IMG/VR virus record: IMGVR_UViG_3300028832_000116
Span: 1-64,000 of that record
Direction: 5' to 3' (one strand)
Origin: a virus
Lineage: Duplodnaviria > Caudoviricetes
Length of the DNA: 64,000 bases
Positions within the stretch are counted from its first letter, which is position 1. The number at the start of each line of letters is the position of its first letter. This document shows, piece after piece, positions 46,265-58,800 of this stretch. A program made the position numbers and the translations under genes. The notes beneath the pieces were generated by a model. It was given only the letters and a program-made list of their open reading frames with translations. It was not told where the DNA came from and did not search any database.

Positions 46265-49200
46265 CACTCGAGTTGTAGAAGCGCGATTTGATTCAAAGCA
46301 ATTCGAAAAAGGTGTAGATAAGACTGTTAAAAAACTTGATGAGCTTAAAAAGTCTTTGAATCTTAAGGATACAGGAAAATCAGTTGCGGATCTTGGCGAT
46401 AAGATTTCTGAGTCTACTAGTAAAGCATCCGATTCTTTAGAAAAACTACAAAATCGGTTTACTTCTTTCGCAGGAATGCTTAAGCAGAAATTTCTTGGTG
46501 GAATTGCTGATGAAATTGTTGGCGTGTTTTTTAAGCTTAAGAATAGTTTTGAAAGCTTAGTTTCGAGTATGTCCACTGCGCAAATAAGCAGAGGTATGCA
46601 AAGATATACTGATATTCTAACTTCTGTTCGAACTTTAACCGCTGCTGGTGTTTCGGAAAATGCGGCGTATGAATCAATTGAACGGTTAGGTATGTATGCA
46701 GATCAAACTTCGTATTCGTTAGATGAACTTGTTTCAACGATGTCTAAGTTCAAAACAGCTGGTGCGTCGCTAGATACAGCTCGTCGAATGGTTGAAGGTT
46801 TATCTAACGCGGCTGCGTCAATGGGTGTTAATGCTCAGCAGGCTGCTAGGGCATATTTGAATTTGCAGCAGGCCTATTCCAAAGGAAAGATGACTCAGGC
46901 GGACTGGATTAGTTTTGAGTCACTTCCGATGGTTGGTGAGAAATTTAACCAAGCAATTTTGGATGCTGCGGAAAAAGTTGGTACTTTAAAGAAAAATGCA
47001 AAAGGTACTTATGAAGTTGTTTCTAAAGCAGTTAAAGCAGATGGTGGAGTAGGTGGAAGAGTTTCTGGTGCAGCAGCAAAAGGAATTACTGCTGAAAATA
47101 TGGGAACTAAACTTGCTTCAGGCTGGTTTAATAAAAAGGTAATGGAAGAGGTTTTCGGTAATACTTATTATTTTGAGGACATTGGTATTGCTGAAGTTAA
47201 TAAGATAAAGAAAAAAGAAGAGCAAATTAAAGCTGATTTAAGAAAAGAAATTGAAAAAGGTATTGTTGCAGAAAAAGATTTTGATAAAGAAGTTACCAAA
47301 AGGCTTCAGGATTATTTTGATGAAACTAATAAGGCATCATTAGAAGAAAAGAAAAAAGAGATTGCAGAACGTAAAAAGACTAAGCAATTAGAATATGACG
47401 CAGCTGTTAAAGATTTAAAAGGTGACGAACGTAAAAAGGCAATGGAAGAATATCGTAAGTCCATTGCTGAATTAGATAAAGAGCTTACAGATTTTGAAAA
47501 TGCTCATCATTTAAGTGCTTTTGCTTATCAGGCGTTTAGAGCAGGTCAGGAAGCTAGAAGCTTTACAGATGTTCTGAATACTTTAAAGGACGCTATTTCA
47601 AGAGGCTGGGCAACATCATTTGAACTTATATTTGGTAAACTTGATGAAGCTTCTGCATTTTTTACTAAATTAACGGAAAGCCAATTTGCAGAAGGAATTT
47701 ATGCTATTGGTGAATTTCGTAATGCAGTTCTTGAAAGTTGGAGAAATAATGGTGGCCGTGAGGATATGCTAAGTGTTCTTGAATATATGGATGATCTTGC
47801 AGGAAATATATTTAAGAAACTTGGTTTAATCACTGACGAAGAAGATTATTTTAATAAGCATTTTGATGAGCATAAATATATGGCTTTAAATCAGAGAGAT
47901 CCGGAAGCTGCCGAACAATATAAACAATCTATTCAGGATGAGGCTGCTGATCATTCTCCATTTGAAGATATGGCAAAAGAGCTTGGTCAGAGATTATCTA
48001 TTGTTGGGAGAAATATAAAAGATTTCTTTGAAGGTGTTAAAAAATGGTTCACTGAAGCTGATACTACAGGTGTTTCTAGGCTTCAGAGAATTACGAATAT
48101 TATCAATAATTTTAGTAATGTTTTTACTGGTGCTGCAACTGCAGTTGGTATGGGTTTAGAATTTATTGGTAATATTTATTTAAGTCTTAAAACTACCTTT
48201 GATCATCTTTGGCAAGCTTTAGATCGGTTAACTCAGAAATTTTTTAGTTTATTTAATCCGAAGGCATCACAGGAAGGCTTGACAGTATTTAGAGCAATTG
48301 AAGATACTTTTAATAATATATTGAAAGTTGTTCAGCCTTTAGATGAACCTTTAGGAAAAATAATAGATATACTTACAGATATAATAAGTTTTGCCATTGA
48401 TATTGGTGCGGGAACTGTAGTTGGTAATATTCAGTTTTTTGCTGATGCTTTTGGTTTATTATTAGAACTTTTAGGAATTGGATCTTCTCAGCAAGATCGC
48501 AAAGCTGGAGTTCTTGATGGTATCACTAAAGAAATTGAAAATTTTGGCGAGGTTTGTAAAAGTGCTATTAAATCTATTGGCGAGTTTTTCGATTCTATAT
48601 TTAAGGATTTAAGGATTTTCTTAGGATTAGATAAAGAAAACAAACTTAAAGAAGGCGGAATATTCGCTAATATTCAAGATTTCTTTAAGACGAATGAATT
48701 TGTCGAAACTGTTAAGGGTTGGATTGATAATGCTATAAAGAATATTGGAGAATTTATTAGAAGTATACCAAGTAGACTTGGCAAGATATTTTCTGGAATA
48801 AAAGAAGGTATTTTAGATCTATTTTATGAAGGTTTTTATATTGATTCAAAAGGTGAAAAAACTTGGATTAAAAAGCCATTACTTCAGTGGCTCGAAACTG
48901 CCTATAATACGGTAGCAAATTTTATAACTATAGATATTCCGAATTTTATAAAGAGTCTCCCCTCTTTGATTGGTAAATTTTTAGAAGGAATTTTCTATAC
49001 GACAGACGGCGCTACTTCTTATTATAAAGATGGTAAGTTGCAGCCTTTGTATAATAAAGTTCCGAATGCACTTAAACAATGGTTAGATCAAGCTATAAAG
49101 GATGTCACGGAGTTTATTTCTTCTATTCCTGGGGAAATAGCTAAAATTCCTTCAATTATTGGAGAATTCTTTTCTGGGTTATTTTATGAAAAGAAAACGG

Positions 49201-52200
49201 CTAAGAAAAATGTTAAGGGATTTTATGAATATCAGGATACAAGAACGCCGTTAAAGAGATGGCTTGACCAGGCGGTTCTTGATGTTAGAAATTTTATAAA
49301 ATCTATTCCCGGAAAACTTAAGAAAATTCCAAATATAATTAGTGAGTTTTTTAAAAACTTACTTTATACAGGCTTTTATAAAGATTCAAAAGGAAATAAA
49401 ACGTGGGTTAAAAAGCCATTTGTGCAATGGGTGGATGATAACTTAATTAAACCACTTTCCGAATTCGTTAAGAATCTTCCTACTTATATTGGGCAAGGAA
49501 TTGGAAATGTGTTTAATTTTGTTAAGACTGTTGTTGGTGCTATATTTGGAAAAGAAAATGGTGAACCTGTAACTTCTACAGATATTGAAAATGAACTTCA
49601 GGAACCATTTTCTGGTATAAATTTAAATGGCGTTTTAGAGACAATTAAAGATATTGGAAAAAATATTTTAAATGGCATTATTAGCGCGTTTACTGGGAAT
49701 CTTGATTGGGAAAATAATAAAGATTGGATTCAAACAAAAGTTGCTAATGCTATTGACGGAATTCGTAAAAAAGCAGAAGAAGTTTGGCCAAAAGTTCGTG
49801 ATTGGTTTGTTAGTTTACCTGAAAGTATAGCAAATTTCTTTAAAGGTGAAGATGGGACTAAAAATGAATCAACGCCAATTGGATCTGCGATTAGCGCATT
49901 TATCAAATCTGTTGGTGAATGGTTAAGTTCAATTCCAGATACTTTATTAACCGTATGGGAAAATATAGAAAAGCAAAGCGGTACTATATGGGACTCTATT
50001 ATTGGATGGATAACTGGAAATCCTAAAGACACGTCTAAATTAAAATCAGAGTATCAATCTTATTATGATGACTTAATTCGCGGAGGAGCTTTTTCTGATG
50101 CGGAAGATTATAAGAAATTTGCTTTATATCAACAGTGGCGTGATGATAATCCAATTGCTGCTAATATAGAAGATTTCTTTAAGCATCTTGTAGATTATTT
50201 TGGCGAAAAAATAACAGCCATTCCAGGTCAGATAGAAGATGCATGGAATTCACTAGTTACAGTAGCAACTATTGTTTGGGATGTTATCACTGGTCAATAC
50301 GATCCAGACGATCCTAAAGATTATGGCAATCCTATTTTTAATAAAATTGAAGAATTTGTTGGCGAATTTGCAATTCAGATTGCCACTAAATTTAAAGAGC
50401 TTCCTTCAAAGTTAAAAGGTGCTTGGGATACGGCTGTAGATATTGGCAAGATGATTAAAAATGTTATATTTGGTAATACAGGAAAGCCATTATTTGATCA
50501 AGTTACATACAATAATATTTTGTTTGGTAAAAATTTCGCGAGTGAAAATTGGTCTCAAGAAACTCGTGAAAGAATGGCTGAATTATATAAAAATAGTACT
50601 ACCGATTATACAAATGGTAATTCTAATAATCCTTTATACAAATCTATCGAATCGTTCTTTGATGGAATTGTTAAATGGGTAGTTTCAGAAGCGAATGCAT
50701 TGCCTAATAAAATTAGAATTGCTTGGGGTTCCGTAGTCGATATTTCAAAAACCATTGGCGAAGTTATATTTGGAACTGGTAAACCAGTATTTGATAAAAA
50801 TATGTATAATAAAATGCTGGGTGCCGATGGTCATGGAACTGCTGCGGCTGAAGCATATAAGAATTCTGTTAAAGACTTTGGTAATCCAATTATAAATTCC
50901 ATTTCTTTATTTTTTGAGAAAATTAGAGATTGGGTTCGTGAATCTATTAATAAATTGCCGAGTCTTATAGCAGAAAGTTGGACAGTTACTAAAACAATAG
51001 GTTTGGTTATTTGGGATATAATTACTGGGCAATATGAATCTAAAAAAGAAAATCAAGATGATACATTATATAATAGTATTGGGACATTTATTGAATCATT
51101 TGCTAAAAAAGTTGGAATTAAACTAAAAGAAATTCCTGATAAGATTAAATCTGCTATTGGAACGATTGGTGATATAGCAACAATAATTAAAAATGTTATA
51201 TTTCACAATACAGGAAAGCCATTATTTGATGAAGCTACTTATAATAGTATATTATTTGGAACGAACAATGCGAGCGAAAAATGGTCTCAAGAAATTCGTG
51301 AAAGAATGGCCGAACTGTATAAAAATAGCACAACCGATTATACAGAAGGTGAATCTAATAATCCTTTATACAAAGCTATAGAGTCATTTTTCAATGGAAT
51401 TGTCAATTGGATTAGAGATCAAATTACGTCATTACCTGATAAAATTAGGAACCTTTGGTCAACGGCTAAAGATATTGGGTCTATTATCAGAGATACTTTA
51501 TTTGGTTCGGCGCATGTTATTGACGAAAAAGAAATTGAAAGGCTAATGGCTATAGATCCTTCTGGTTACGCCGCAAAGATGTATAAAGATACGGCAATGG
51601 AATATAATAATCCTTTATATACATCTTTAGCTAACTTTTTTGTAAGGGTTCGCGATTGGATACGTGGATTTATTACTGATTTACCAGACAATATAGCTAA
51701 AGGTTGGAATGCTGCTAAAGAATTTATGAAAGAAATTGGCCCAATTATTTTATCAGGTTTACAAAGCGCTTTAGATTGGGTTGGAGATAGATTTAACGAT
51801 ATAACAAATTTTATGAATGATGCGCATAATGATAATATATCTGTATTTACAGCGATAAAAGAAAAATTAAAATATACTGATGATACTGGAAAAGAAATTG
51901 AAAATCCAATATGGACAGCTATTCAGAAGATAGGCGAATCAATAAAGAGGATCATTGTAGAAGTTATACCAAGTTTTATTACAAGCGCAATTGATGAAAT
52001 TAAAATAAGTTTCCCATCATTAATTTCAAATTTATTTAATATTGGTGGAAATGATAAAAATGATGCTGAAAAAATATTAATTGATTCCGTGATTCCAAAA
52101 TTTGATCAGAATTATTATGATTCTTTAATTAATGCTGGTGCATTTGGAGATGCTGAAGAATATAAAAAGAAATTTGAAGAAAGAAAAGACGAACTGATTA

Positions 52201-55200
52201 AAACGAATTCGAATTTAGTTGTAGATTATTATGAAGCAATGGCTGACCAGTATGGTGTCAGTGTAGACGAAATAAAATCTATAATGTCAGATTCGAATGG
52301 ATCGATTTCAGGTTTTGGTTTTATAGTTGGGGCATTTGCAGACAGCATTTCTGAAGAAGATATTAAAAAAGCTGAAGAACTTAAAGAAAATGATAAAAAA
52401 ATACAAGAACTTACTGCTGAATTAATTAAGAATAAAGAAATAGCAATAGCATACGCTGGAGATAAGGATCATAAAAGAGAATATGATGATGCTGTTGCAG
52501 AGCAACGTAGATTACAAAAATTAATTGACGAATTACAAATAACAGAAGAAAAAAGTAGTGATATACAAAAGCAAGATACAAAATTAGATAATAAAGTAGA
52601 TAAATCATCAAAAAGTGGTCTTCCAGGAGTTGACACGATAGTAAATGGATTTGGGAATTTATTTTCTACGATAGGTAATGTATTTGGTAGTGAAACTGGT
52701 AAAACGGTTGCATTACTAGTTGCGGCATCTGTTGTATTATATGCGTTACGTGATATGCTTAGCCTTTCAGATGAAATTGAGGCGCTTGGAACTACAGCAT
52801 TAAAAATAGCATTTGGTGGAATAGTCGCAATTGTTGGCTATATGGTATATTTAGCAACGCAAACGGATCAAACAAAGTTTAATCGTGTTAAAGAAATGTT
52901 TACTCATATTGAAAAGTTTTTAGAAAATTTAGCTGGCGTTTTAATTTTATTGAAAGCAATGGATTTAGGATCTGACATAGCGGAAACTATAACTGAATTT
53001 AAAAAAGCTGGTAATGGAGCTACTGGCGGGGTTGGAATTATTGGAAAAGCTTTTGATGTATTAAGTGGCCCATTGAATATATTATTTGGGTCAAGCGCAG
53101 TTGGAGTTGGAATCGAAAGTATTACCGGAAAATTGACAGATAGTGCAATTAAAATTGGCCAGTCATTTGATGTATTGGTTGATGTCATGGCCCCGTCAAT
53201 AGATAATTTAGCTGGATTAAATACAAATATTGATTCCGCTATAGAAGTTCTTGGAAAAGTTGGAACATTAATTGCTTCTTTTACTGGTATGGTTTCGGAA
53301 GAGCAAGACAACGTTTTTTGGGAGCAAGTAAATGATTCTTTAATACGTTGGGGAGAAGAAACAAGCGAGGAAACTGGAACTAATCGACATACATTGTTAC
53401 ATAATTTAGATAATAAAATGTCTTTAATTTATATGATGTCTGTTGTTTTCAGAGAACTTGGAAATGCATTAAATGCCATTTCAAATGCGGGGAGCATTGA
53501 AGAAATAAAAGAAAAATTAAAAACAATGTCGGAAGTTATTATTAGTGATGAATTTTATAACGTATATCTAAATTTATTAAAAGGTATATATAGATTATGT
53601 CAAATAGAAGATGATGTTTCTATTCAAACTGGATCTAGATTGGCGGATATTAGCCAAATTGGTATTGTAACAAGATTTATGGCGGATTCATTATCTGTTT
53701 TTTCTGATTCTATAACAGGGATTGATGACGAATCTATAACGGCTATGAATCACTTTTTTGAATTATTAGATAAATTAGCAGAAATCATTGGAACTAATAA
53801 ATTTACTGGTACGCAAGGTTCGGAATGGAAGCAATTCTTCTTTGGTGACACAAGTCTTGGAGCATTTGGAAAAACATTAAATACTTTTGCAGTTTATATG
53901 GTTCCTGTTTTTAGATCAATAAAGAATGTAAAAGATGTGTTATTTGGTGAAGATATTATGGATGTTGAATCTTCCGATTTTAAAAATCGATACGGAATGA
54001 TTGAACAAACGATTACTGAAATTGTAAGTTTTTCAAGACAACTATTATCATTAGCCAATTGGATGTCGTTTACAGCTTTTGATAGATCTAAAATAGAATC
54101 GGTAGGATCTGTACTTCCAAAATTAGGAACTCAAATAAATGAATTTTTGCAAAATGTTAAAATTACTGAAAGTGGAGATATTATAAATTTAGAGTATGCG
54201 ACTACGATCGGTACATTTTTAGAAACATTAAAAGATTCTATTTTAGGAGCATTGACATATTTTGAATCGGCTCCAGAAAAGTTTGATTATTTAGCAGATG
54301 CACTTATTGGAAAAGATGGAAAAAGTGGTTTTATTGGTAGAATAAATTCAATAGGATCTGTAATAACAAAAGATAGTGATATTTATGATACAGTTGATAT
54401 TTTATGGAAATTATCAGAGGTTATAAATTCATTTTCTGGTTCGGATTCTTCTGGAAAATTTATATATCAAACAGCTTTAGAAAATATTATGTCATTAGCT
54501 TCTAATGGGGATTTTGATATAGTAGCTCCTATTATTTCTGCTTTAGATAAGTTGAAAGAATATCCTTGGTCTGATATTTTAACAGATGACTTTTATAGTT
54601 TTGCAAAGAATTTTAGTATGAATTTAGGTATTGCAGATCCAGCAACTGGTCGTGATACACAACCGATATTTGCTATTATTGATGCGTTTGATTGTTTAAA
54701 AGAATATTCTTGGTCTTCTATTTTATCCGATGACTTTTACACTTTTGCTGAGCAATTTAGAAATGCCCTTGGTATTTTATCATTTGATGATAATAATTCC
54801 ATGACTGCATTGTCCGAATCACTTAATGAACTTGCATCGTTTAAGTGGGAAGATGTTAATACTGATTTTACGGCGCCAATGATTACACCTGTATTAAATT
54901 TAGAAGATCAGAATTTTAAAGATCAGATTGCAAAAATGCATCAGATGCTTGGCTTTACAATGGATGAAACTGGTATGCTTGTTAATCCCGAATTAACGTT
55001 TAATAATAATTTGGATCTTCCTAAACTTGATGATATTTCTAATAAACTTGATTATCTTAATACGATTGCTCTTTATATTAGTCAGCTTAAAGAAACTGCT
55101 GATCAGTTTAATACTTCTTTATCGAATATGCAATTTATTATTAATGGCGAAGAATTTACAAAAGTTATTGGACCGACAATGGATCGGTGGCTTGGAACAG

Positions 55201-55232
55201 AAGGGTTCTATGCTGCGCGTTTGATAACTTAA
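46245..55232 (+). CDS. tape measure protein
   Basis: 2995 aa; N-terminal YADQTSYS tape-measure domain; Trp/Phe-periodic helical repeats. Confidence 0.92.
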   Translation: MAVETVDTRVVEARFDSKQFEKGVDKTVKKLDELKKSLNLKDTGKSVADLGDKISESTSKASDSLEKLQNRFTSFAGMLKQKFLGGIADEIVGVFFKLKNSFESLVSSMSTAQISRGMQRYTDILTSVRTLTAAGVSENAAYESIERLGMYADQTSYSLDELVSTMSKFKTAGASLDTARRMVEGLSNAAASMGVNAQQAARAYLNLQQAYSKGKMTQADWISFESLPMVGEKFNQAILDAAEKVGTLKKNAKGTYEVVSKAVKADGGVGGRVSGAAAKGITAENMGTKLASGWFNKKVMEEVFGNTYYFEDIGIAEVNKIKKKEEQIKADLRKEIEKGIVAEKDFDKEVTKRLQDYFDETNKASLEEKKKEIAERKKTKQLEYDAAVKDLKGDERKKAMEEYRKSIAELDKELTDFENAHHLSAFAYQAFRAGQEARSFTDVLNTLKDAISRGWATSFELIFGKLDEASAFFTKLTESQFAEGIYAIGEFRNAVLESWRNNGGREDMLSVLEYMDDLAGNIFKKLGLITDEEDYFNKHFDEHKYMALNQRDPEAAEQYKQSIQDEAADHSPFEDMAKELGQRLSIVGRNIKDFFEGVKKWFTEADTTGVSRLQRITNIINNFSNVFTGAATAVGMGLEFIGNIYLSLKTTFDHLWQALDRLTQKFFSLFNPKASQEGLTVFRAIEDTFNNILKVVQPLDEPLGKIIDILTDIISFAIDIGAGTVVGNIQFFADAFGLLLELLGIGSSQQDRKAGVLDGITKEIENFGEVCKSAIKSIGEFFDSIFKDLRIFLGLDKENKLKEGGIFANIQDFFKTNEFVETVKGWIDNAIKNIGEFIRSIPSRLGKIFSGIKEGILDLFYEGFYIDSKGEKTWIKKPLLQWLETAYNTVANFITIDIPNFIKSLPSLIGKFLEGIFYTTDGATSYYKDGKLQPLYNKVPNALKQWLDQAIKDVTEFISSIPGEIAKIPSIIGEFFSGLFYEKKTAKKNVKGFYEYQDTRTPLKRWLDQAVLDVRNFIKSIPGKLKKIPNIISEFFKNLLYTGFYKDSKGNKTWVKKPFVQWVDDNLIKPLSEFVKNLPTYIGQGIGNVFNFVKTVVGAIFGKENGEPVTSTDIENELQEPFSGINLNGVLETIKDIGKNILNGIISAFTGNLDWENNKDWIQTKVANAIDGIRKKAEEVWPKVRDWFVSLPESIANFFKGEDGTKNESTPIGSAISAFIKSVGEWLSSIPDTLLTVWENIEKQSGTIWDSIIGWITGNPKDTSKLKSEYQSYYDDLIRGGAFSDAEDYKKFALYQQWRDDNPIAANIEDFFKHLVDYFGEKITAIPGQIEDAWNSLVTVATIVWDVITGQYDPDDPKDYGNPIFNKIEEFVGEFAIQIATKFKELPSKLKGAWDTAVDIGKMIKNVIFGNTGKPLFDQVTYNNILFGKNFASENWSQETRERMAELYKNSTTDYTNGNSNNPLYKSIESFFDGIVKWVVSEANALPNKIRIAWGSVVDISKTIGEVIFGTGKPVFDKNMYNKMLGADGHGTAAAEAYKNSVKDFGNPIINSISLFFEKIRDWVRESINKLPSLIAESWTVTKTIGLVIWDIITGQYESKKENQDDTLYNSIGTFIESFAKKVGIKLKEIPDKIKSAIGTIGDIATIIKNVIFHNTGKPLFDEATYNSILFGTNNASEKWSQEIRERMAELYKNSTTDYTEGESNNPLYKAIESFFNGIVNWIRDQITSLPDKIRNLWSTAKDIGSIIRDTLFGSAHVIDEKEIERLMAIDPSGYAAKMYKDTAMEYNNPLYTSLANFFVRVRDWIRGFITDLPDNIAKGWNAAKEFMKEIGPIILSGLQSALDWVGDRFNDITNFMNDAHNDNISVFTAIKEKLKYTDDTGKEIENPIWTAIQKIGESIKRIIVEVIPSFITSAIDEIKISFPSLISNLFNIGGNDKNDAEKILIDSVIPKFDQNYYDSLINAGAFGDAEEYKKKFEERKDELIKTNSNLVVDYYEAMADQYGVSVDEIKSIMSDSNGSISGFGFIVGAFADSISEEDIKKAEELKENDKKIQELTAELIKNKEIAIAYAGDKDHKREYDDAVAEQRRLQKLIDELQITEEKSSDIQKQDTKLDNKVDKSSKSGLPGVDTIVNGFGNLFSTIGNVFGSETGKTVALLVAASVVLYALRDMLSLSDEIEALGTTALKIAFGGIVAIVGYMVYLATQTDQTKFNRVKEMFTHIEKFLENLAGVLILLKAMDLGSDIAETITEFKKAGNGATGGVGIIGKAFDVLSGPLNILFGSSAVGVGIESITGKLTDSAIKIGQSFDVLVDVMAPSIDNLAGLNTNIDSAIEVLGKVGTLIASFTGMVSEEQDNVFWEQVNDSLIRWGEETSEETGTNRHTLLHNLDNKMSLIYMMSVVFRELGNALNAISNAGSIEEIKEKLKTMSEVIISDEFYNVYLNLLKGIYRLCQIEDDVSIQTGSRLADISQIGIVTRFMADSLSVFSDSITGIDDESITAMNHFFELLDKLAEIIGTNKFTGTQGSEWKQFFFGDTSLGAFGKTLNTFAVYMVPVFRSIKNVKDVLFGEDIMDVESSDFKNRYGMIEQTITEIVSFSRQLLSLANWMSFTAFDRSKIESVGSVLPKLGTQINEFLQNVKITESGDIINLEYATTIGTFLETLKDSILGALTYFESAPEKFDYLADALIGKDGKSGFIGRINSIGSVITKDSDIYDTVDILWKLSEVINSFSGSDSSGKFIYQTALENIMSLASNGDFDIVAPIISALDKLKEYPWSDILTDDFYSFAKNFSMNLGIADPATGRDTQPIFAIIDAFDCLKEYSWSSILSDDFYTFAEQFRNALGILSFDDNNSMTALSESLNELASFKWEDVNTDFTAPMITPVLNLEDQNFKDQIAKMHQMLGFTMDETGMLVNPELTFNNNLDLPKLDDISNKLDYLNTIALYISQLKETADQFNTSLSNMQFIINGEEFTKVIGPTMDRWLGTEGFYAARLIT

Positions 55233-55253
55233 AGAAAAGGAGGAGATACCAGT

Positions 55254-55805
55254 ATGGCTTCACAAATTTCTCAAGCTGCTTTATATCATTCAGTAATATT
55301 TAATGACGGTAAAGTTACAAGGAACACGTGGACAGACTGGTATCTCATTCCTTCTTCTCGCCCAGTTATTGTTCAGCCTACTCCAATTTATAAATATGTG
55401 GAGATTCCTGGAAGAAATGGATCGTTAGATCTTACGGATTATTTGGTTGGAGAACCAACTTATTCTGATCGCAAAGGTTCTTTAGAATTTATCGTTGTTA
55501 ATAATGTTGGTAATTATTTAGATTATGGTAAAAAGAACAATCCAAAAAAGCCAAATGATAAGTCAACATTTCCTCATAAGGCTGCAGAATCTTTGGGCAA
55601 TTGGGTTGCAAGAAAAGATGTTATAGCAGATTTTTTAAATGGACGTAAAATGAAAGTCACTTTAGAAGACGATCCTGAATATTATTATTATGGTCGAGTA
55701 TTTTTTAAAGAATGGCGAGCCGATGCACAGTTTTCAAGAGTAGTAATTGAATATCAATTAGAACCATATAAACGTTATAGAGATGGTAAGGAGGCCGGTT
55801 TATAA
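55254..55805 (+). CDS. distal tail protein (Dit-like)
   Basis: YVEIPGRNGSLDLT...DDPEYYYYGR; follows tape measure. Confidence 0.75.
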   Translation: MASQISQAALYHSVIFNDGKVTRNTWTDWYLIPSSRPVIVQPTPIYKYVEIPGRNGSLDLTDYLVGEPTYSDRKGSLEFIVVNNVGNYLDYGKKNNPKKPNDKSTFPHKAAESLGNWVARKDVIADFLNGRKMKVTLEDDPEYYYYGRVFFKEWRADAQFSRVVIEYQLEPYKRYRDGKEAGL

Positions 55806-58800
55806 TGTTTGACATTTATATTAAAGATTATAACGATGCAAACGGAAAACTGGTTTCCACAGAAACGCTTGTTCAAACCATTCCTGCTGAAAAGCCTGGA
55901 GATTTAAAACTTATTTCTCCTATTGTTAAAGCAGAAATGGGTAGCGCAGAATCGTTTAATTTTGATATAGAAGGCGGAACTAAATTTTATGATTCCTTCC
56001 ATCAAATGAAAACGTTTATGCGTGTTGTTTATGATGGTGAAACTATATTTTATGGGCGCGTTCTTTCGATTGAAAACGGCTTTTATGGAACACGTAAACT
56101 TCGCTTAGAAGGTCCTTTGGCATTTCTTAATGATACTTCTATTGAGGGCATAAAAGAGGAGTCTAGAACTAAAATAAGTGTGTATTCGTATCTTTCAAGA
56201 CTTATCAATAATCATAATTCTATGGTTGCGGATTCTAAACGTACTATTTCTTTAGGTGAAGTACCTGGAGATTATTCTTCTAATATTTCTTTTGATCAGA
56301 GAATTGATAATGCTGAGCGTAAATTTGGAGAAGATAATTGGACAGATACAAAAGCTGCCGTAGAAGATCTTCGAAGCCATTATGGTGGATATTTAAGAGT
56401 ACATTGTAATGGCCATAAAGGTGCGAATAATACTTATGTTGATGATGGTCATTATCTGGATTGGATGAACCATTATTTTAACAAGAGTGAAAATACACAA
56501 ACAATAGAAGTTGGAAAAAATGTTATTGATATTAGTACATCTACGGAAATTGATAATATTTTTACCGTAGTTATTCCGATTGGAAATTCGAAGACAACAT
56601 CTTATGAAAGTGCTGATGGAACTAAAAAATCCACTGGTCCTAAGCATTTTTATATAGATGGTAGAGAAATGACAGTACCGAGTATTTGTAAAGAAAATGG
56701 TGGTCGTTATAGTGCATGGGAATTAAATTCTGGTTATCATACGCATGACGATTATGCCAATGCCATAAAGAAATATGGTCGGATTGTTAAAACTGTTGTT
56801 TTCGATGATGCAGAAACCGCACAGGAACTTTACAACAAATGCCAAGAATGGATTAAGAATAATTATCAAGGCGAAGTTACTAAATTTACAATAAAAGCCG
56901 TTGACATGCACCAAATTGGTGATAAAAAAGTATCAAAAATATCTGTTGGAGATAGAGTTCGAATTATTTACCCTGTTATTAAAGAAAACGGTAAAATTGA
57001 AAAAAAAGAACTAGTTCGAACTTGTCTCAGTATAAGTTATGATCTTTATAACCCAGAAAATAATCAGTATACATTTGGTATTCCTGCGAACATCCTTACA
57101 AAATCATATGGTGTTACTAAGCAAGGAAAGAAAGCTCAAACAGCTTCTTCTAGTCCGAAAGTAGAATCAAGTGGAGGCGGGTCTACAAAAACTGTAGAAT
57201 GGCTTGATAAAGTAACAGATTGGCTTGCTCATCATAAAATATGCTATAAACATAAAGCTGATGGTAGAACTATAGATTCTGATGTTTATAATCCAAGTGC
57301 ATCTTCAGATCGTTTTCCATGGCAATCTAATTACGTGAGTTACGAAAAAGGTCCATATACTGGAACAAATTACCATCGTAATTATTTTTATGATGTAGAA
57401 TATTCTATTGGTGTTGGTCAGTTCACCTTATGGAAATTTACACCAAATGGAGAAGGAAAAGATTTTGATCAGCATGAATTAGATCAAATTCTTTTTCAGA
57501 TTGATCAAAGCATGGCTGGTTATCCTGATGCTACTAAAAAACAAGCTAAACAATATGCTGAAAAAGAGTATCGCAGAAGTAGAGAATATCATTCTTGGAA
57601 TCGAGAGCTAATTACTTTACATGGTATTTTAACACACGAATTAATTGTAAATTGCAATATTATTCAGTATGTTCAAGAGGAATATGGTTATGATTTGTCA
57701 AATATGAGTGGCGTTACAATGCCTAATTTAACATATACTGATGAAAATGGCGTTCAAACAACTGTCGTTGCTGGTGAAGGTGGAAAACTTGTAACTAAAG
57801 AAATGTTTAAGCCAGACTATAAAGGCGATCTTCCTGCAGGTTTTCATATTGTTAATACAAAAAACGGTCGTAGTGTTGCTTCAGTTCTTGACGAAGATGG
57901 TAATTGGCGTTATTGGGAAGTTGATAAAGAAGGTAACGTTGTAGAAACATCTATTCGAGAACTTAAATGGTATACAGACGAAAGTAAAGATTTTCGTGGC
58001 TCAATGATAAAAGAAGGATATGCTGGCGAAGATGGCGAAATTCATATTTACAAATTTGGTCAAGAAATTGAAAAATGGGCTAATGGTGAAATAGTAGTCG
58101 CTAGCGTTGATGGTGATGTTGTTCAGATTGGTAGTAGAAGAACCAAATGGGCTACTAATGTTGCACAAAATTTTAATGGAACATTTCTGAATTCCATAGA
58201 ATTTATTGTAGAAGATTCTGAAGATCCTAGAGCAAAAAAGGCGATTCGAGTTGGCTCGGTTGGTCAAGCAAGTTATATTGCCAAATATGATGAAACTTTG
58301 CATTGTTATGTTTGGGATAAAGATGCAACAATGGCTGACGTTGCTGCTGGAACGCACGTGCTTTTAACTGGCGATGGTTTTTGGGATACGAACAATTTAG
58401 CTTTACAAGGTGGAGTGCAAACTGTACAAAATCCAGATGGAACTAGGGTAACATATATTAATTCTGATAGAACAGTTATTGGCGATGTTGACACAGATTT
58501 TACAGTTCTTGAAGCTTTAAAAGCTGCTGGTGTGATAATAGAAACATCTGGTGGGCATTATAAAAGAAATGCACTTGTTGCAGAATCTATTTATACAGTA
58601 GATATTAATGGTGTCAAAGCACGTTTACAAACAATTGAATCTGATTACATTACTACTCAAAATTTATCTTCGCATATAGCGCATCTGGATATAGTAACAG
58701 TTCAAAGTTTAAAGTCAACTGGTGATGTGTCTGGTAAAAATATACGCTGCAATAATGGCGATATTTATTTGCATCGTGAAACGGCAACTGGAATGGAAAT

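Noticed and set aside
55254-55300. LYHS in the Dit N-terminus as another protease site
   Set aside because: Tail proteins are not exposed to the prohead protease; probably coincidental
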